Below, one piece after another: positions 1-21,000 of a DNA stretch of 64,000 nt. The stretch is from Lingula anatina (lineage: Eukaryota > Animalia > Brachiopoda). The notes below the pieces were generated by a model, which saw only the letters and a list, made by a program, of their open reading frames with translations, was not told where the DNA came from and searched no databases. The stretch is taken from the NCBI GenBank assembly GCA_051362555.1, contig CM120646.1, forward strand, positions 11,284,001 to 11,348,000. Reading direction: 5' to 3'. The first letter of the stretch is position 1; every line of letters starts with the position of its first letter. The position numbers and the translations under genes are program-made.

Positions 1-6904
<6,904 letters not shown>

Positions 6905-6939
6905 ACTCTTACATATAGGCTGTGTTGTTCCTGAGATGA

Positions 6940-7020
6940 GGTTGTACAATCCGGAAGTTTATAGGAAATAGCAGCTGACTCATACCTAACGTAGCTGGAC
7001 TCCTACACCGGAAATACGTT
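6940..7020. promoter_or_regulatory. Putative proximal promoter / 5' region of gene A with ETS, E-box and AP-1-like motifs
   Basis: CGGAAGT 6952-6958, CAGCTG 6972-6977 and TGACTCA 6976-6982 lie just upstream of the ATG. The same motif order is conserved upstream of gene B (58053-58087). Confidence 0.45.
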
Positions 7021-7319
7021 TAAATAGTAAGTGGGTTAGTCTTGACATTTCGTTGTTTTGCGTACATGTATGTACATGTTCCTGCAATGACAAGAAGTAC
7101 ACTCAAAATGATGTGTGCACGTTGTATGTACATATATATTGGTTTTCTTCTTCTCAAATGTGCCTATATATTAAATAACATGGTCGAAATGCTGTGCTAT
7201 TGACCCATTAGACCCTGCGTCATCAAAACAAACGGCAGCCATAGGGTCAGCACTAGATCATATACGGCAGCGGGACGGAAGTGAGTAATCCAACATGGCG
7301 GCCCCCAGCGCCGCCGCAA

Positions 7320-8040
7320 TCGTCAATCCTCGGTTCATTCCGCAAGCTCCATACTAACCATAGGCCTACTTATTGCACCCTGAGCTTCAGAGATAACTTG
7401 CCACTAACCTCTTCACTATAGCCTATCTTCATCGTGTCAAGTTACCTCTGACCACATTCGATAGCCCCCGCCGCCCGCCAATCAAATTTAAAGCCCGCAC
7501 TCAATGACTCATTGAACGATCTAGCCAATGAACGCGAATGAGTCAAAGCGCGCTTTGTTCAAATCCGGACCAATCAAAGATAAGGCTGAATATCAGGGAC
7601 TTGCCGTAACCTGTCACCCTGAGCTTCAGAGATAACTTGCCACTAACCTCTTCACTATAGCCTACCTTCATCGTGTCAAGTTACCTCTGACGAAAATAGT
7701 TTGACCTAGTTTATATAAGCCAATCGAATCCATGTTTCAAAATTTTTCACCAAAGTTTGGTGAAAACGCTGATTGGTTGACCGTCAATCGGCAATCCTCG
7801 GCTGAATCCGCAAGCTCCATACTAACAACAAAGTTATTGTCGAGTGCGGAGACATCCGAGTAGTTCCGAGTGCATAACCGAACACAAAGAAAGCATGGCG
7901 TCTCCTATGAGTGACTACGTAAAATAATGTGTTAAGTTATCTCTTGATTCTTTGCAAAATATGAGTATATCGGAATTGAAACCAGAGCAGTTTGAGGCCC
8001 TGCATCATTATCTACATAGGGATGATGTATTTTGCGTGCG
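7320..8040 (+). mobile_element. Decayed DNA-transposon fragment with a RecQ-helicase-like start (Academ-like) and internal direct repeats
   Basis: ORF 7952 reads ELKPEQFEALHHYLHRDDVFCV, like the RecQ segment before Walker A, but the motif itself is missing. Direct repeats at ~7376-7451 / ~7615-7691, and the tcctcgg..ccgcaagctccatactaac block at ~7324 / ~7793. Confidence 0.4.
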
Positions 8041-8343
8041 TATCGTTTTCACCCATCTTTGCATTGCTCCTGTACAAAATGTCCGCTTGACGCCCGCCCA
8101 AGGGAAAAATCGTAGCACGTGGGTAGTTACGTAAGTTCTGTGACGTGTAACGCGCGCAAGGTTAATAAACATGGAAAAGGAGCACACGAACAAAACGTGG
8201 TGCCTCGATATGAAACCAGACAACTTTTGTGTTTTCAATCTTCAAATACTAAAAAAAAAATCAATTAAGCTAATAAATAGGCCAACGTTAAGAATGTATT
8301 ATATCGTTTGTTTTATATTAATTATTATTAAAGATCATAACAA

Positions 8344-8851
8344 CTTGGACCTAAATATGAAAGGACATGAAACGCGGCATCTTCCTTTGAAACTATGTGC
8401 GTTCGGGTAAACATTCGCCCATTGTCTCAGATAAGCTGTTTTGATAGCTCCACGGGAGCCTGAACGACTTATTATCAAGGTAGCGCGCGCTGTGCCTCAT
8501 TGAAATTCTTTTGTTCTATTGCATGGATAACACAATTTCTCGCGGTCCCTCGTGGTTGCTATGATACAGCATTGCCTCCATCTTGCAGTTGCTAGCACAT
8601 AGACTTGCGCCAACACGTGGAAATTTGTTTCGGGTTTTCAGTATCTTTTCCTGTTACCTCATTAAAACGACCATTACCCAAGTAAATATAATCATGAAGT
8701 TTGCATGTGTACATTTATACTTTAACATTTATACTTTAATTAAAAGACCAATGAGGGTGTTTGTCCATCGTCTCTATGCTGTTTAGGGACTCCAATTTCA
8801 AAATGAAAAACTATTAATTATCATTCTCAAACTGGAGCAGACCATCGGCGG

Positions 8852-8913
<62 letters not shown>

Positions 8914-11836
8914 TTCAGAGCAGTGTTAATGTCAACTTTGATAAAAGAATATTAAAAGGCCCACAGGTGCGTTTTTGTGCGTAACAAATGTGTTCGTGGT
9001 GCTTTATTGCAATGAGAGCTCATATTGAAAGTTAAAAAAATAATAATTATCATTCTCAGACTGGAGCAGATCGTAGCCGGTAAGTTTAAATATATATATA
9101 TATATACTTCAAAGCAGTGTTAATGTCAACTTTGATAAAAGAATATTAAAAGGCCCACAGGTGCGTTTTTGTGCGTATCGAATGTGTTTGTGGTGCCTTA
9201 TTGCAATGAGAGCTCATATTGAAAGTTAACAAAATAATAATTATCATTCTCAGACTGGAGCAGATCGTAGCCGGCAATTTGTAAATATACATATACTTCA
9301 AAGCAGTGTTAATGTCAACTTTGATAAAAGAATATTAAAAGGCCCACAGGTGCGTTTTTGTGCGTCAAGAATGCGTGTGAGTTGTCCTATTGCAACGAGA
9401 GCCCATATTGAAAGTTAAAAATATTAATTATCATAATTCGGGCTCACATAAATAGTAACATAAATCTATACATATAGTACACAGCAGTGTAAATGCCACC
9501 TTTATCTAAACGGCACGTAAAAAATACCAGACCTAAAACGATGTCAGCGAGTTGAATAAATCGGAGAGGAATTGCGTCATTTTAATTCAAGACACAATTG
9601 AAGGTTTCATTATTGCCGCGTCTCAGACTAATTTCTCACATAGAGAGAAAAGTTTGACACTAGAAATATTTTCCAATCGGACCATAGCTGAAAACAAGTA
9701 TACTACACTACAATTGTACAATTTTGAATGCTCATTTTACGGCAACAAACAAGATTGCCTTTACCACATAGGGCATTTTGAATTCCTCCATGAACAAACA
9801 TATCAAATTCTCACATAGTTTTCAAATTGACAGAACAAATTGTACTAATACTTTATCTCTATAAGTGTATTGTCCCATCCACCCGAAGGACTGACTCACG
9901 TTATCGCGAACTACCTGCCCAAATGACACAAAAAGTCATCGACAACAGAGGCTGTCCGGGTTCTCAACGAGAAGACCAAGTTTCCCCGTGACTTTACGAG
10001 ATCTGCCTTGAGGTGGGGTTGAAATATGGAGACCACAAGGAAATAGAGCAGCGAATTCTTTACTTGAAAATAGCTGAACTTACACATTTTTTGAGCTACA
10101 GGCTTGTTCTTTTTTCACTTTATAAAGAAAAAGTATTTATATTATATGTACGTGCAACTGACATGATGAATTTGCCAAGCTAAGAGCCGATGACGTTTGC
10201 AAAGCAAAATTCGCCCGGAGGACGTACTACGCAGCAAAGGTCGCGTTAAACAGGCTACATCACCAGATGCTTGTGGTAAGGAAAATGACATTAGTTACCA
10301 TGCCCGTTGATACGCATGCCTTTTACATGAAAGTGGCTAGGATTGAATGAGAATCGGACGGATGATGCCCCGGCAGCTTCCAATTATTCATGTGGCCAAT
10401 GTTAAACTTTGCCAGGTAAGGAAATATTTCTTAATTTATAATGAAGTGTATATCACATCTCTGTTAATATATTACTGATGTATGATAGGTTTTGTCAACT
10501 GATGTTTTTGAATCGTTTTATTCACAAACTAAAAGGCCATCATTATCACTTTTAGTTTGAAGTTCAATCTCTCATCCTATAGTGCTATGTTTAGTATCCG
10601 ACACGTCAAATTTGTTATTGTGAGTGAACATAAATTATTCATTTTTTTTCAGTGGGGATGCCATATAAAACATGCTGTGGCTCTAGCATCATATTGGACA
10701 TACCCGGTAAAGGGGGCTGGATAAGTTCACATGCAAACTCTGGGATAAAGATGGATCACATTGCTTGGCAAATGTAAACCAGTCTAAATTGACTTGAATC
10801 CTCTAGCTGCAGGGATGGATTTTTGAAGATCAAATGTCTTAGTGTACATACAAACTTAAAAAAACCTTGTTTATGTAACAGGGGCAGTATTGTTATTCAT
10901 TTTGAATAGGAATGATGGACTTTCACAACTATATTTAATCACCTTTATGGCCTTTGCTGAGATTCATTTGCAACCTTTTTGTCACTTTATGGGAGTGGCA
11001 TGACTGTTTTGCTTTCAATGAGATCAATGTTGGAAGTACATGTACAAATGTAGGTCCATGTACATTCTACAGGCATTGGACACTTGTAAATAAAGTAATC
11101 CAGTGCTGTCGAGGGCTTAATTGCTTCATTCTTAGGTTATCATAATTATTAAATTTTTAAATTATTAACTCCAGCGTATTGCAATATAAAATTTCCTACT
11201 TCTGTTCTTTTGCAAATATTCTTCAATCGGTGTTGGCTACAAACTTCCATTTTCACTATTTCCCTGATGTAGATGTCAAGAACTTTATATAGTTATCCAC
11301 TCTTTTTCATTTTTAAATTGTCAATTTATATTACTGTCTTTGGGATTTTAAAGAGATGCTTGTCTAAACATGCCAGTGGATGCAAAATAGACATATTAAA
11401 GATATTGTTCATTTTTGATTGTTCTTCATTGACTGGTCATTTTCCTGGTTTTCTCGCTTAACTTTAACTGCAATGCACCCTACGACACAACACTAGCAAT
11501 TCGCCATTGCGTTGCTCCATCTCAAATTACATGACAACGCCAAATTTTACTCAATGCAATCCTATAACATAAACTTGTGCCTGACCGCAAGTTTCAATGG
11601 CAGATTTTAACCCCACCTCTCGTGAAATCTCGCTCCAATTCAGGTCTCGTTTGACGTCATCTGCTGCGCAGATGTTCAAAATAGACTATCCCGGACATCC
11701 CCTACTGCGATATGCTCGCTACCTGTACGGGAGGTCACGTGATCCGAACGCACATAGTTTCGCGAAGAGCTCACGTTAAGCCGATTATCCTTTGATCTAG
11801 CTCAGCGTTTCATGTCCTTCTCTTATTATGTCCATG
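8344..11836 (-). mobile_element. Decayed TIR DNA transposon with THAP-like remnant (P-element-like ends)
   Basis: Inverted ends: ggac..aaggacatgaaacg..gaaactatgtgcgttcg (8347-8404) versus cgaacgcacatagtttc..cgtttcatgtcctt..gtccatg (11745-11836). Minus-strand remnants CCVVGC (~11480) and VCSQH (~11235). No clean TSD. Confidence 0.5.
8817..9435. repeat. Tandem repeat, ~180 bp core, about 3.3 copies, with a variable (TA)n tract
   Basis: Units attatcattctca.actggagcaga...aaaaggcccacaggtgcgtttttgtgcgt...catattgaaagttaa start near 8817, 9046 and 9239, with a partial copy near 9418. The first unit has a long (TA)n at 8854-8912. Confidence 0.9.
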
Positions 11837-12444
11837 ATACTAATAAACAAGTCGCATTTCAATGTACTTCATGCTATGATCTTTATTTGAAAATAGCAAT
11901 TTTTACGAGAGTACAAATTGTATCGCATTGTTTGTTTCCATTGCCTCTCTTTCAATACTAAGAACAGGCGCTCCAAAATCGTAAGACGAAGTTAAAAATT
12001 TTTACATTGGCCCAGTTCCCCCACCCCCCTTTTAAGAATATCCTCGCAGCATTATCTGCAGTTAACCTTCCTACGATTTTCAGTGTATTTTGCAATATAA
12101 TTTTCAATCCTCCCGATGAAGAATTTTATTAATCAAGAGTGGGGAAGGGGTGGAAAATCCCCTTGGGGCCACATACTGTATACCTGTAACACTATAAATG
12201 CGAAGGGAATTCCCCTTACAATGAAGACAAAATAAATATTAATCAAAGGAAAGTCCGATGGATTTGCTTTTTAATACATACAATCAACAGAATATTTCTT
12301 ATATAATTTCTCAAAACAACACCAGAAAACAAATTAAATCAAATCAACCAGACGGTAAACACCGGCAGGCTTTGTCAATTTCACCATTTGTTTACTTTAA
12401 ACAGAGTACTTTTCGCGCATGCGCAGTAGTTTGAGACCTGTGCT

Positions 12445-12592
12445 ATTCCGCATATTATGCGAGTACATGTTGTTCATCGCCATATTTAATTTCAGTATAA
12501 TGTGATTAAACGCAATCCTACTATAATATACTTAACTATATCATGACAATACGAACACGATGAACCACATGTACTCGCATAATATGCGGAAT
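12445..12592. repeat. Short hairpin / MITE-like inverted repeat
   Basis: attccgcatattatgcgagtacatgt (12445-12470) is inverted at acatgtactcgcataatatgcggaat (12567-12592). Confidence 0.75.
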
Positions 12593-15247
12593 TGAAAACA
12601 TGGCAAAGGTCAAGGACGTTTCAGATCGCTGACGGTGCGCGCGCTCCATCTGGTGTTAAGTCCGCGAATGACCGTTTGCGGTAACTGATTGTTGAGTTGC
12701 TGTAACTGATTGTTGAGTTGCGGTAACTGACTTTTGAATCGTTTATTGATTGTTAGATTTTGACGAATGATTAAAATGACCAAAACTAATTTAGTAGAAT
12801 TAAGTTTAGATAGTCAAAGTAGGTTTTGGCTGTTAAATAGTGCCGATAGATTGTTGAATTGACGTCTGCATTTATTGCGTGAATGGCGTTCCATATAAAA
12901 AACATTGATACATTTTATCTAAATATGAAATTATGAATTATTTCCTTTTCCTATCTCTAATTTAGATACGTGCCCATTTAAACCCGAGGATGTTACGTAA
13001 CATTAGAATAAATCCCTATGGGCCATTTTTGTTCTGGAAATACCTAGAAATAAATAAAAATAGACATCAAGCATGAATAAAATATGTATTCCTATTGTTT
13101 GTCACGGGATTGCTCGTGGACTTCTTGTGCCCGCCAGACTATCACCCCTGATAAGAATAACAAAACTTACCACAATTTCAAATAAGAACATGTCAGTTGG
13201 AATTCACTAAAGCTACTTGTAAATTATGTAAGGACAGCGTTAAATAGAAAAAAAAACAGGTCACAAGACAAGGATTCTACGCCCTTCGAAAAGTCCGAAA
13301 AAATCATAATTTATTATTGAGGCGTGTATAGGACTTACACATGTTGACACATTTCCATGTGATATATAGTGCACACCACATGCCAAAAACATAACGTGAC
13401 CGCGATTGTTTCGATACGTTCATGCAGTTTTCGAAACCTGTCACCTTTTCTTAATAATGTAATGGTTTCCGTTCGGCTGCTATCACGCTTTATAAAATAT
13501 AAATTCACATGTAATTTACAGCTAAACGGACACCAGCAGGTAATAATAATAATAATAATTTCCTAAATACTATAAAAACCGCACTACACTTCCGTCTCAG
13601 TGCTGTTTACAAATAAAATTATCAGAACTACAAGTAATTATATAAATACTAAAAGCTGAGGTAATTAAAACAATTTAAATGATTAATGCTGATTATAAAA
13701 GCAATAGTCTAAATGATGAAACTGTTTATGATTAAATGAGAAAATATGTAAGTTCAAGTATTAAAATAAATTGAAGTACTGTGCAAATAAGAATGTTTTA
13801 AGTCTTTTTAGAAACCTCAACACTATCTATAGTCCGAAAGCGTGAGGGAAGTTCATTCCATAAAATGGGTGCTGCAATTGAAAATGCCCTGTTGCCATAG
13901 TTTATGTTTTTATTTGTTGTCATTCCTGGTAAAGCAAAGAGTAGTAGAATTTACTTGAGGATAAATACGTTTTCTCGAACATGTACTTATACCCTTCAAA
14001 TTAAAATACACACGTTTAGATAGCGTAGCTCATTAACACCTTTTTACACCAACAGAAATGCGTCTCAAATACCTCTTTTGTATAAAATAAGCAAATAAAC
14101 CCCAATTTACAAAATGACCACTTCAACGATATCCAGACTGTACATGTAACACTCGTAGATTGAAAACGGAGCTGGTATTAATAAATCCCAGACAAGTTCA
14201 TTCGGACAAAGCTTAGATCTAACGAAAAAATGCATTTTTGGGGGCTGTGATTAATTTTGAACACACGATGCAAACAACACATACATATGGTTGTACTTGG
14301 AATCTAGAAAGTATCACTGCAGGGAAACTTTTACTTCTTTTTAAAACAGCGAAAGTGAAGTGAATTTAAATAAATAAATGCATTTGCATTTTTGGCTGTG
14401 TTGAAGTTCTGAGCCATGAAATTTTGGGGCCATAAAAGATCCAGCAAAGAGAACAGGCAGAGCCTTCAGAAGCACTGAGGTAACGTCAAACGAGTAATCA
14501 ACACATTACTGTCGTTTTGGATCGGTAAAGGGGCTGCCACACCCATGAAGGAAATCGTTTCTGGAATCGATTATACGCTTAACTTTGAGCTCATAAAATC
14601 ACCCTTTTCCAGCGTATAAGAAAGAACTCAACAGAACTGATACCCTTGCTGAATGCTTGCCATATTGCCTACAGGAGATAATTGCAGTACGCGGTAGACA
14701 CACACGCTATTAGGCATGTGGTCGTTAACGAGCACACTCCAAAGCTAAGTGTGAGTTAATTTGGTGATATTTGTGACGTCTCTTTAATTTAATGGGAATT
14801 TCTTTACCTCTGTGGAAATCACAGTGAAATATGGGTCACCCGAGCGGTATATGCCATAGCACCTCGAGCGTCAGCTCAAAGTTAAGCGTATAATCGTGTT
14901 CATGGCATATATCGCGAGAGGGTGAGAGTGTATTATTTGACATACATACCGAGAAAAAATACAGTCATTTCATTCTAAAACACCCCTTAAACCGAATAAA
15001 GTAACCCTATATCACGCTCTAGAGATGTTATACGGAAATATTCTTACGTAATGTCTGACCTATTTGGTCAATTTTGCTAAATACTTGTCATGGACGTCCA
15101 ACTGGCTTGAAAAGTATTTAATCAACCGTCGACACTGACCATGCGCGTCTCAGCTGACCCACACCTAGCTGGCACTGTTGCGGAAAAAAGGTCCCACGGC
15201 AAAACCTCTACTTTTTAGTGAGTTTTCTGATAAACAAGAAGCATCGG

Positions 15248-15522
15248 ACCGGAATATAGTCAAACTAATTTTTCACAAGCGCAAAGGAGAAAGAAATTTA
15301 CTTTTTGGTGATATTTATGACAACGAGGCAGTTTCGGAATATAGTCAAAGTTAGACGGATGTTTATTACAAGTTCACGGAATAATAATTCTACTAGTATT
15401 TATTGTTATCTCTGACGACGAGACGGTTACGGAATATAGTCAAAATCAAGCGGATGTTTATTTCAAGTCCACAGGAGTAATAATTCCACGTTTTTTTACT
15501 ACGAGGCAGTTTCGGAATATAC
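15248..15522 (+). repeat. Cluster of short direct repeats (cggaatatagtcaaa), probably transposon subterminal repeats
   Basis: Motif recurs near 15251, 15334, 15430 and 15513, with related sequence between copies. Confidence 0.65.
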
Positions 15523-16782
15523 ATGTGCTGGTTTTCATGGCATTTATGTGCTACATGAAATTACAAGTTTAAAGGGGGGATAGATTTGATTTTTACCGAT
15601 ATATCTGATAAAGGGGAAGAATGAACAGCTAAGAAGCAAAAGGTAAATAACACAACCCTCGTTAAAAAGTTGCAGACTTACAAATAATTTGTATGCACGT
15701 GTGGCTTAAATGTTAACTTATTCCCGTTTTCAAACAATAACCATATGATATGACTTAGTGTTATAAAATTGTAGATAATAATTGCTAAACGTGAAAAGTT
15801 TATGCTAATTTTTCAAGAGTGTGAGAGATTTTAAATTTGTTTACTGGTAGGTATATAACGCAAGCAACGTCACTTTTCTCTTGATGCCAAGAAGGTCACA
15901 TGATCACTCTGTCTTAAATTTGGCTTTCAGCATTTAAGAGACCTCGACTGATTTAACCAAGATGTAGTCGTGAAATTCTAGACTACATCGAGGTTAAATC
16001 CGAGTTTTCCGAGAGACACTACGTAGAAATGTCGAGTGAAGCGAGATACTTTTGAGTAGCGGCTCGAGGTTGCCTTCGATCTTCACTGAAGCTTGGCTAA
16101 ATGGGCAGGCTTCAGTGATCAGCATATCGCCACGGTCATATAACATCCCTAGTTATGGTATAGATAAAGAACGAGGCGCTGAGCTTTACGAGAAATAGAG
16201 CAGATAATTGGCGAGGCAAAGCCAAGCACGAGTAACTAACCCTGTGCATTGGTGCGTGGAACGCTTTCGTGGATGACGTGACTTTACACGAAATAAACCA
16301 CGGCGCGACCTATTGTCTTTTTAGAGGATAATGAGCATATTGTAGTTTTCATTCAAAGGTAATTGCTTACCAAGAGTACTTAGTCAAATATTAGATGTAG
16401 CCAAAGGCTGTGTTGCACCAGTACATTATAAAGCATCAGTACTTACCCGGAGAACATGTCATTCTCTCTATGCACACTTTGTATATAGTGAATCACTCAG
16501 ACACTGGACCTTACCCTGATAGGAGGTGTGCAGGACTTTTTATACCTGAGGTGACTTTCATTTATTTACATATATCAGTATTTCATAATCTAGTTCTTTG
16601 TTGTGTATTTCATATTTTTCCATTTATTATATTATTGAGTTTACTAATAGTTTGTTTGTATGCATTTCAGCCTTCATTGTTTCCAGTTAATAAAGATTGG
16701 AAATCAAATAGTGTCCATCTTATCTATGAAGGCTCAGGTATGACCATAGTCTACCGGTAAACAGTCCACCCTACAGGCCAGC

Positions 16783-17977
16783 ATGCCAGTTGTAAAGTGC
16801 CCATTCCCAGACTGCACTTATGAGACAGAAGATGTGGCAGATACCATTGTCAACACACTATTGACAATACATGCACAAAGGCATAATGCCACTTCCTCTC
16901 AGTCATCTACAAAGGTCAAAACTGACAAGATTCGTCGCCCCACAATATCTACAGCGGGTACTAGTGAAGATTGGACTTACTTACCTGACTAGATGGAAAG
17001 AATATACCATAGCAACCAAAATTACTGGCCAAGATCGTGTAATGCAATTACTGGAATGCTGTGATGAAACTCTTAGGAAAAATATCACCCACTCAGCTGG
17101 TGGAACTCTTCCAAACAAAAGTGAAGAAGAGGTACTATCTGCTATCAAGAGACTGGCAGTACGTGAAGAAAATCCCATGGTTGCCCGAGTCATTCTACAC
17201 GAGATGCGGCAGGACAGAGAAGAACCAATTTGTCAGTTTGGGGCAAGAATCAAAGGTCAAGCTAGTATTTGTAAATTTACACTTAAATGCCCTAACTGTG
17301 AAACAGATGTAGATTACACGGATTGCATATTAAGGGACATTTCAAGTCGTGGCATAGCCGATAATGAAATCCAGCTGGACCTACTTGGAAATATGAACCA
17401 GAACATGGACCTTGAAGACGTGTTCAGATTTATTGAATCTAAAGAATCTGGGAAACGTTCATCTGCGACATTAAATGCTTCCGAAGGTGCCCATGCTACT
17501 AGCTCGTACAGACGCGCTCAAAGGTATGCAAAGTCTGATAAAGCTGAGATATGCAGTTACTGTGGGGAAAAAGGCCATGGTATTAAAGCACCATTTCGCA
17601 CACGTCAGAAAGAGTGCCCAGCATACAACCATATCTGCAAACACTGTGAACACAGTCACCACTTCGACCACATGTGTCGCAACAAGAACAAGCCCAAGCT
17701 TGGTCGCTCATCTTCATCAAACACCAAAACACAGTCAGTCACTAATCATGGGGAATCTGCTTTTATGGAGCATAGCAATAAGTCATTTTATACGCTATGC
17801 ACAATAGGTGAATTGGACCAAGACCAAGCTGCAAATGCCATTGCATTAGATCACCACCTATATAATCAGCTGGATGACAAATGGATCAAAAGTACAGTTA
17901 ATCAAGACCTCAACCATACATTTCATTACAAGCCACTGTATCCTCTCAAGATTATTCTGATCTTGGCTTCAATGTAG
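16783..17977 (+). pseudogene. Gypsy gag (frameshifted near 16980)
   Basis: ORFs 16783-16992 and 16871-17977 overlap and join by a frameshift; CCHC-type knuckles present. Confidence 0.85.
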
Positions 17978-18009
17978 ACCTTCAAACTACATCTACAATG
18001 CTCAATGTA

Positions 18010-21000
18010 CAGTGGTCGGAATAATTTTGTTTCCGTTGTACACCGGTGTAACATCGTTCGAAATGTTTTAATCCCTATCTTGTGAATAGAAGGGGGCGGA
18101 CAAACAATGGAGGGCCGTATAAATCCCTTCAAAATTCGAACGCACAAACACAATAGCTTAGGTGGAATAACACAATACTTAATACGAGTGAACCCCATGA
18201 CGCCGGTTTCTGTGGCCCAGCGCGAGCGTGACAATCCGCTGTAACTAGGTGTAATCAACAGCAGGATACATCAGCCAGAAGGTCCCTATTGTTTGTTGCG
18301 ACGATAGGATTATAGCTTGAAGAGGCTAAACCCATGCTAAGGCGTGCCACGCGAAGCGAACTGTCCTTTTGTTCACTAGTTTGGCACGCGCAGCTGGTTT
18401 TTAGTGTTGCTAACAAACTGCTAGTTAAATTTGTTATCAGTTATTTTATCCTTTATGAAATTTCCGCAGTCAAAAATTGAACTAATTATTGTTTGTTTGG
18501 TTGAAATGCATGAGCGTCAGCATCAATCTGTCTCAAAAAATTCCTATTGCATTAATTTATTAATGTATAATTCATTTATGTACTTACGTTTTAATTTGAA
18601 ATATCTGCATTCAAGCGTTCAAGTATTTATAAAACATGAATGATAATGAAAGAGGAATAAGGAAATAACATATTACTTATATTATGCTTATATTATAATA
18701 TTGAAATTAAATGAGGTGCATTGACATAGGCGCAATGACAATCCAACTACAACGTGCAACAGGGGGAAGTCTGGCTGTATGATCATACAATATACGAAAG
18801 TACGGTCAATTAAAAGAGTAAATCATCAGTTAAAGAGGAGGGGGTCTTACTATAGCTCGCTATCTATTGTTAAACTCGACTGTTATTATCTCTCGAACAA
18901 GCTTAAAGCATGCCTATACAATTACTGTGTCTCCGGCTGCCGTTCAGAAACACTATGTCGAACATATTTTGCTACAGTGAGAAACATGGTACACTAGCGA
19001 CTTGTTTTAGATCACTCAAGAAAGGATGCATACGTGCGACACCAGAGGAAAAACAATCAAGTATGCATCTGATCCTTTAATAGTAATTGCACAGTGCATG
19101 TTACTAGACCTTTGTCCTAACTCAGTAGTTAGGAATAGGATGTTTGGATAAAAAGCTTCTATTCAACTCGCTTAGACCTAGGGCGTGATATGCTATCATC
19201 CGATGAAACACGTAACTGAACCCTCTACCTGTACCTGAATTCCCTTTAGCTGAAACAAAAACTGCCCCTTGAACATGTCCATTTTTTAATCGTCAAATGA
19301 TTTGTGATTTCATTGAACGTCTTTGATCGAAAGCTTTCAAGTACAATAACCGAACCGTGTGTTGATTATTTATTAAAGCGTAATTAAGTTTATTCAACAT
19401 GATCTATTTTGTAAACGATACTTGCCAAGATTGAGCTTGGATTGATCACCGTCACTATTTAGCTACTCGCCTATAATGCGTGCTGAACGACAGACAACTT
19501 AAAAATATTATCTGTGTAACTGTGCAAATGAACGCATTTAGTTAAAATATAACGAAGCCGGCATTTAATCCATCGAACATATTTATATTTGTTCTTTTAA
19601 ACCCAGTGTAAGGTTAACGCCAAATCAAAGCAAGCCTTGCAGACTGGTTTTGTTTAAACTGTCGTGCATCAAGTAAAGCTAAGTAAAGCCTGTTTCTACT
19701 TCGCAGTGTTCATCCCAGCCATAAAACTGCATGAAGGATAACAAGACTCCGTAGACCTGTGCTTCAGGTTTCCAGGAGTCCCGTGTAACACAATAATATC
19801 GAAGGCCTGAGAGTAATACATATATGAGGCCGTGTATGAAAGATTTAACAAGTTAGAAATTCAAGAATTTAAACATGCTTGGTACATGCACATCTAATAT
19901 TGTTTAGATTAACCTTTACTTTTATCGATCTCATCCCATTGTCTTAACCACCTAAAAGAAATATAGTGAACATGAGGAAAAGTAACACGTTTACATGCAG
20001 GCGAAGGAGTTATACTTCAATATTAATCGCGAACAATATCAACAGCGACTAAAGACCGTTGTCTGTCTTTCACACTTTTACACAATCACACGAAGGTTTA
20101 ATAAAGGGAGTCGCGGCGCGATATCTATCTCTTTCATTCGAACAAGCAAAGGGCTGACCCGAAGTAAGCTTTCTATACTAATGTCCTTTTCATTGTATAT
20201 TGTAATTACTCTACTTGCTCGCCTCCATTGTCTTGTAAAAGTGACAAAGAAAGTGTTGTATTCACACACGAGTTGAAAGAACTTTGCATAACTCCTTGGC
20301 CCTAAGTTGCATAATGTCTTTCTCAAGGTTATAATCAGTGTGAAGAGGGTGTCTTGCCTCATTTAAAAAGGGTGTTGTTCTTCATACTGGTTGTTGCTTA
20401 ACTTATGCTAATCTTAAACTTTTATGTACCAATATGGTTTTAATAAATCGCCAAAATTATGAATTTAATGAACATTGTGTATCAAACGTTTTGATACGAT
20501 TTAAATAAATGGACAAGGAGGATTACGGTATTAGGTTCTATTTACCTCTGGCTTTAACTTCGCCCTGCTATATAAATGAACAAATGTTGCAGATCGTAAC
20601 AAAAAACTTTCTTATAGTGTTTTATGACATATATGATTTACACATTTGATAGTGAAACACTCCTCGACTTTAACGAATCACCTGACGTAAACTGTCTACC
20701 CGCGCTCCCCGAAAAAACTGTTTCTTTTAATATTGAAATGAATTGCTTTTAAGGCAAAGAAGTCCATTAAACCCTTTAGTCTCAACATCACTGTACAGCA
20801 TGTTGTAATCGATATTTAAAAAAGTTAATTTTTGTACTCCGCTTTCATCGAGGATACCTCAAGTTGAGGTTACAATTACATCGCTCGCCTATGCTACTGG
20901 AATATATATTTAAGGACAAATTAAGCTTTGTAAAGTCCCTATTGTCACACACCATGGATACTTTATTTTGTCTTGAATGAAAAAATAGCCTCAAATTATC

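Noticed and set aside
13170-13192. ATG TTC TTA TTT GAA ATT GTG|gtaagt as the leader of gene A
   Set aside because: Phase 0 and too short. 6853-6904 gives a proper phase-1 signal peptide.
15248-15522. Spaced short repeats resembling a CRISPR array (also 54440-54570)
   Set aside because: Eukaryotic context, degenerate repeats, spacers related to each other, no cas genes. These are subterminal transposon repeats.
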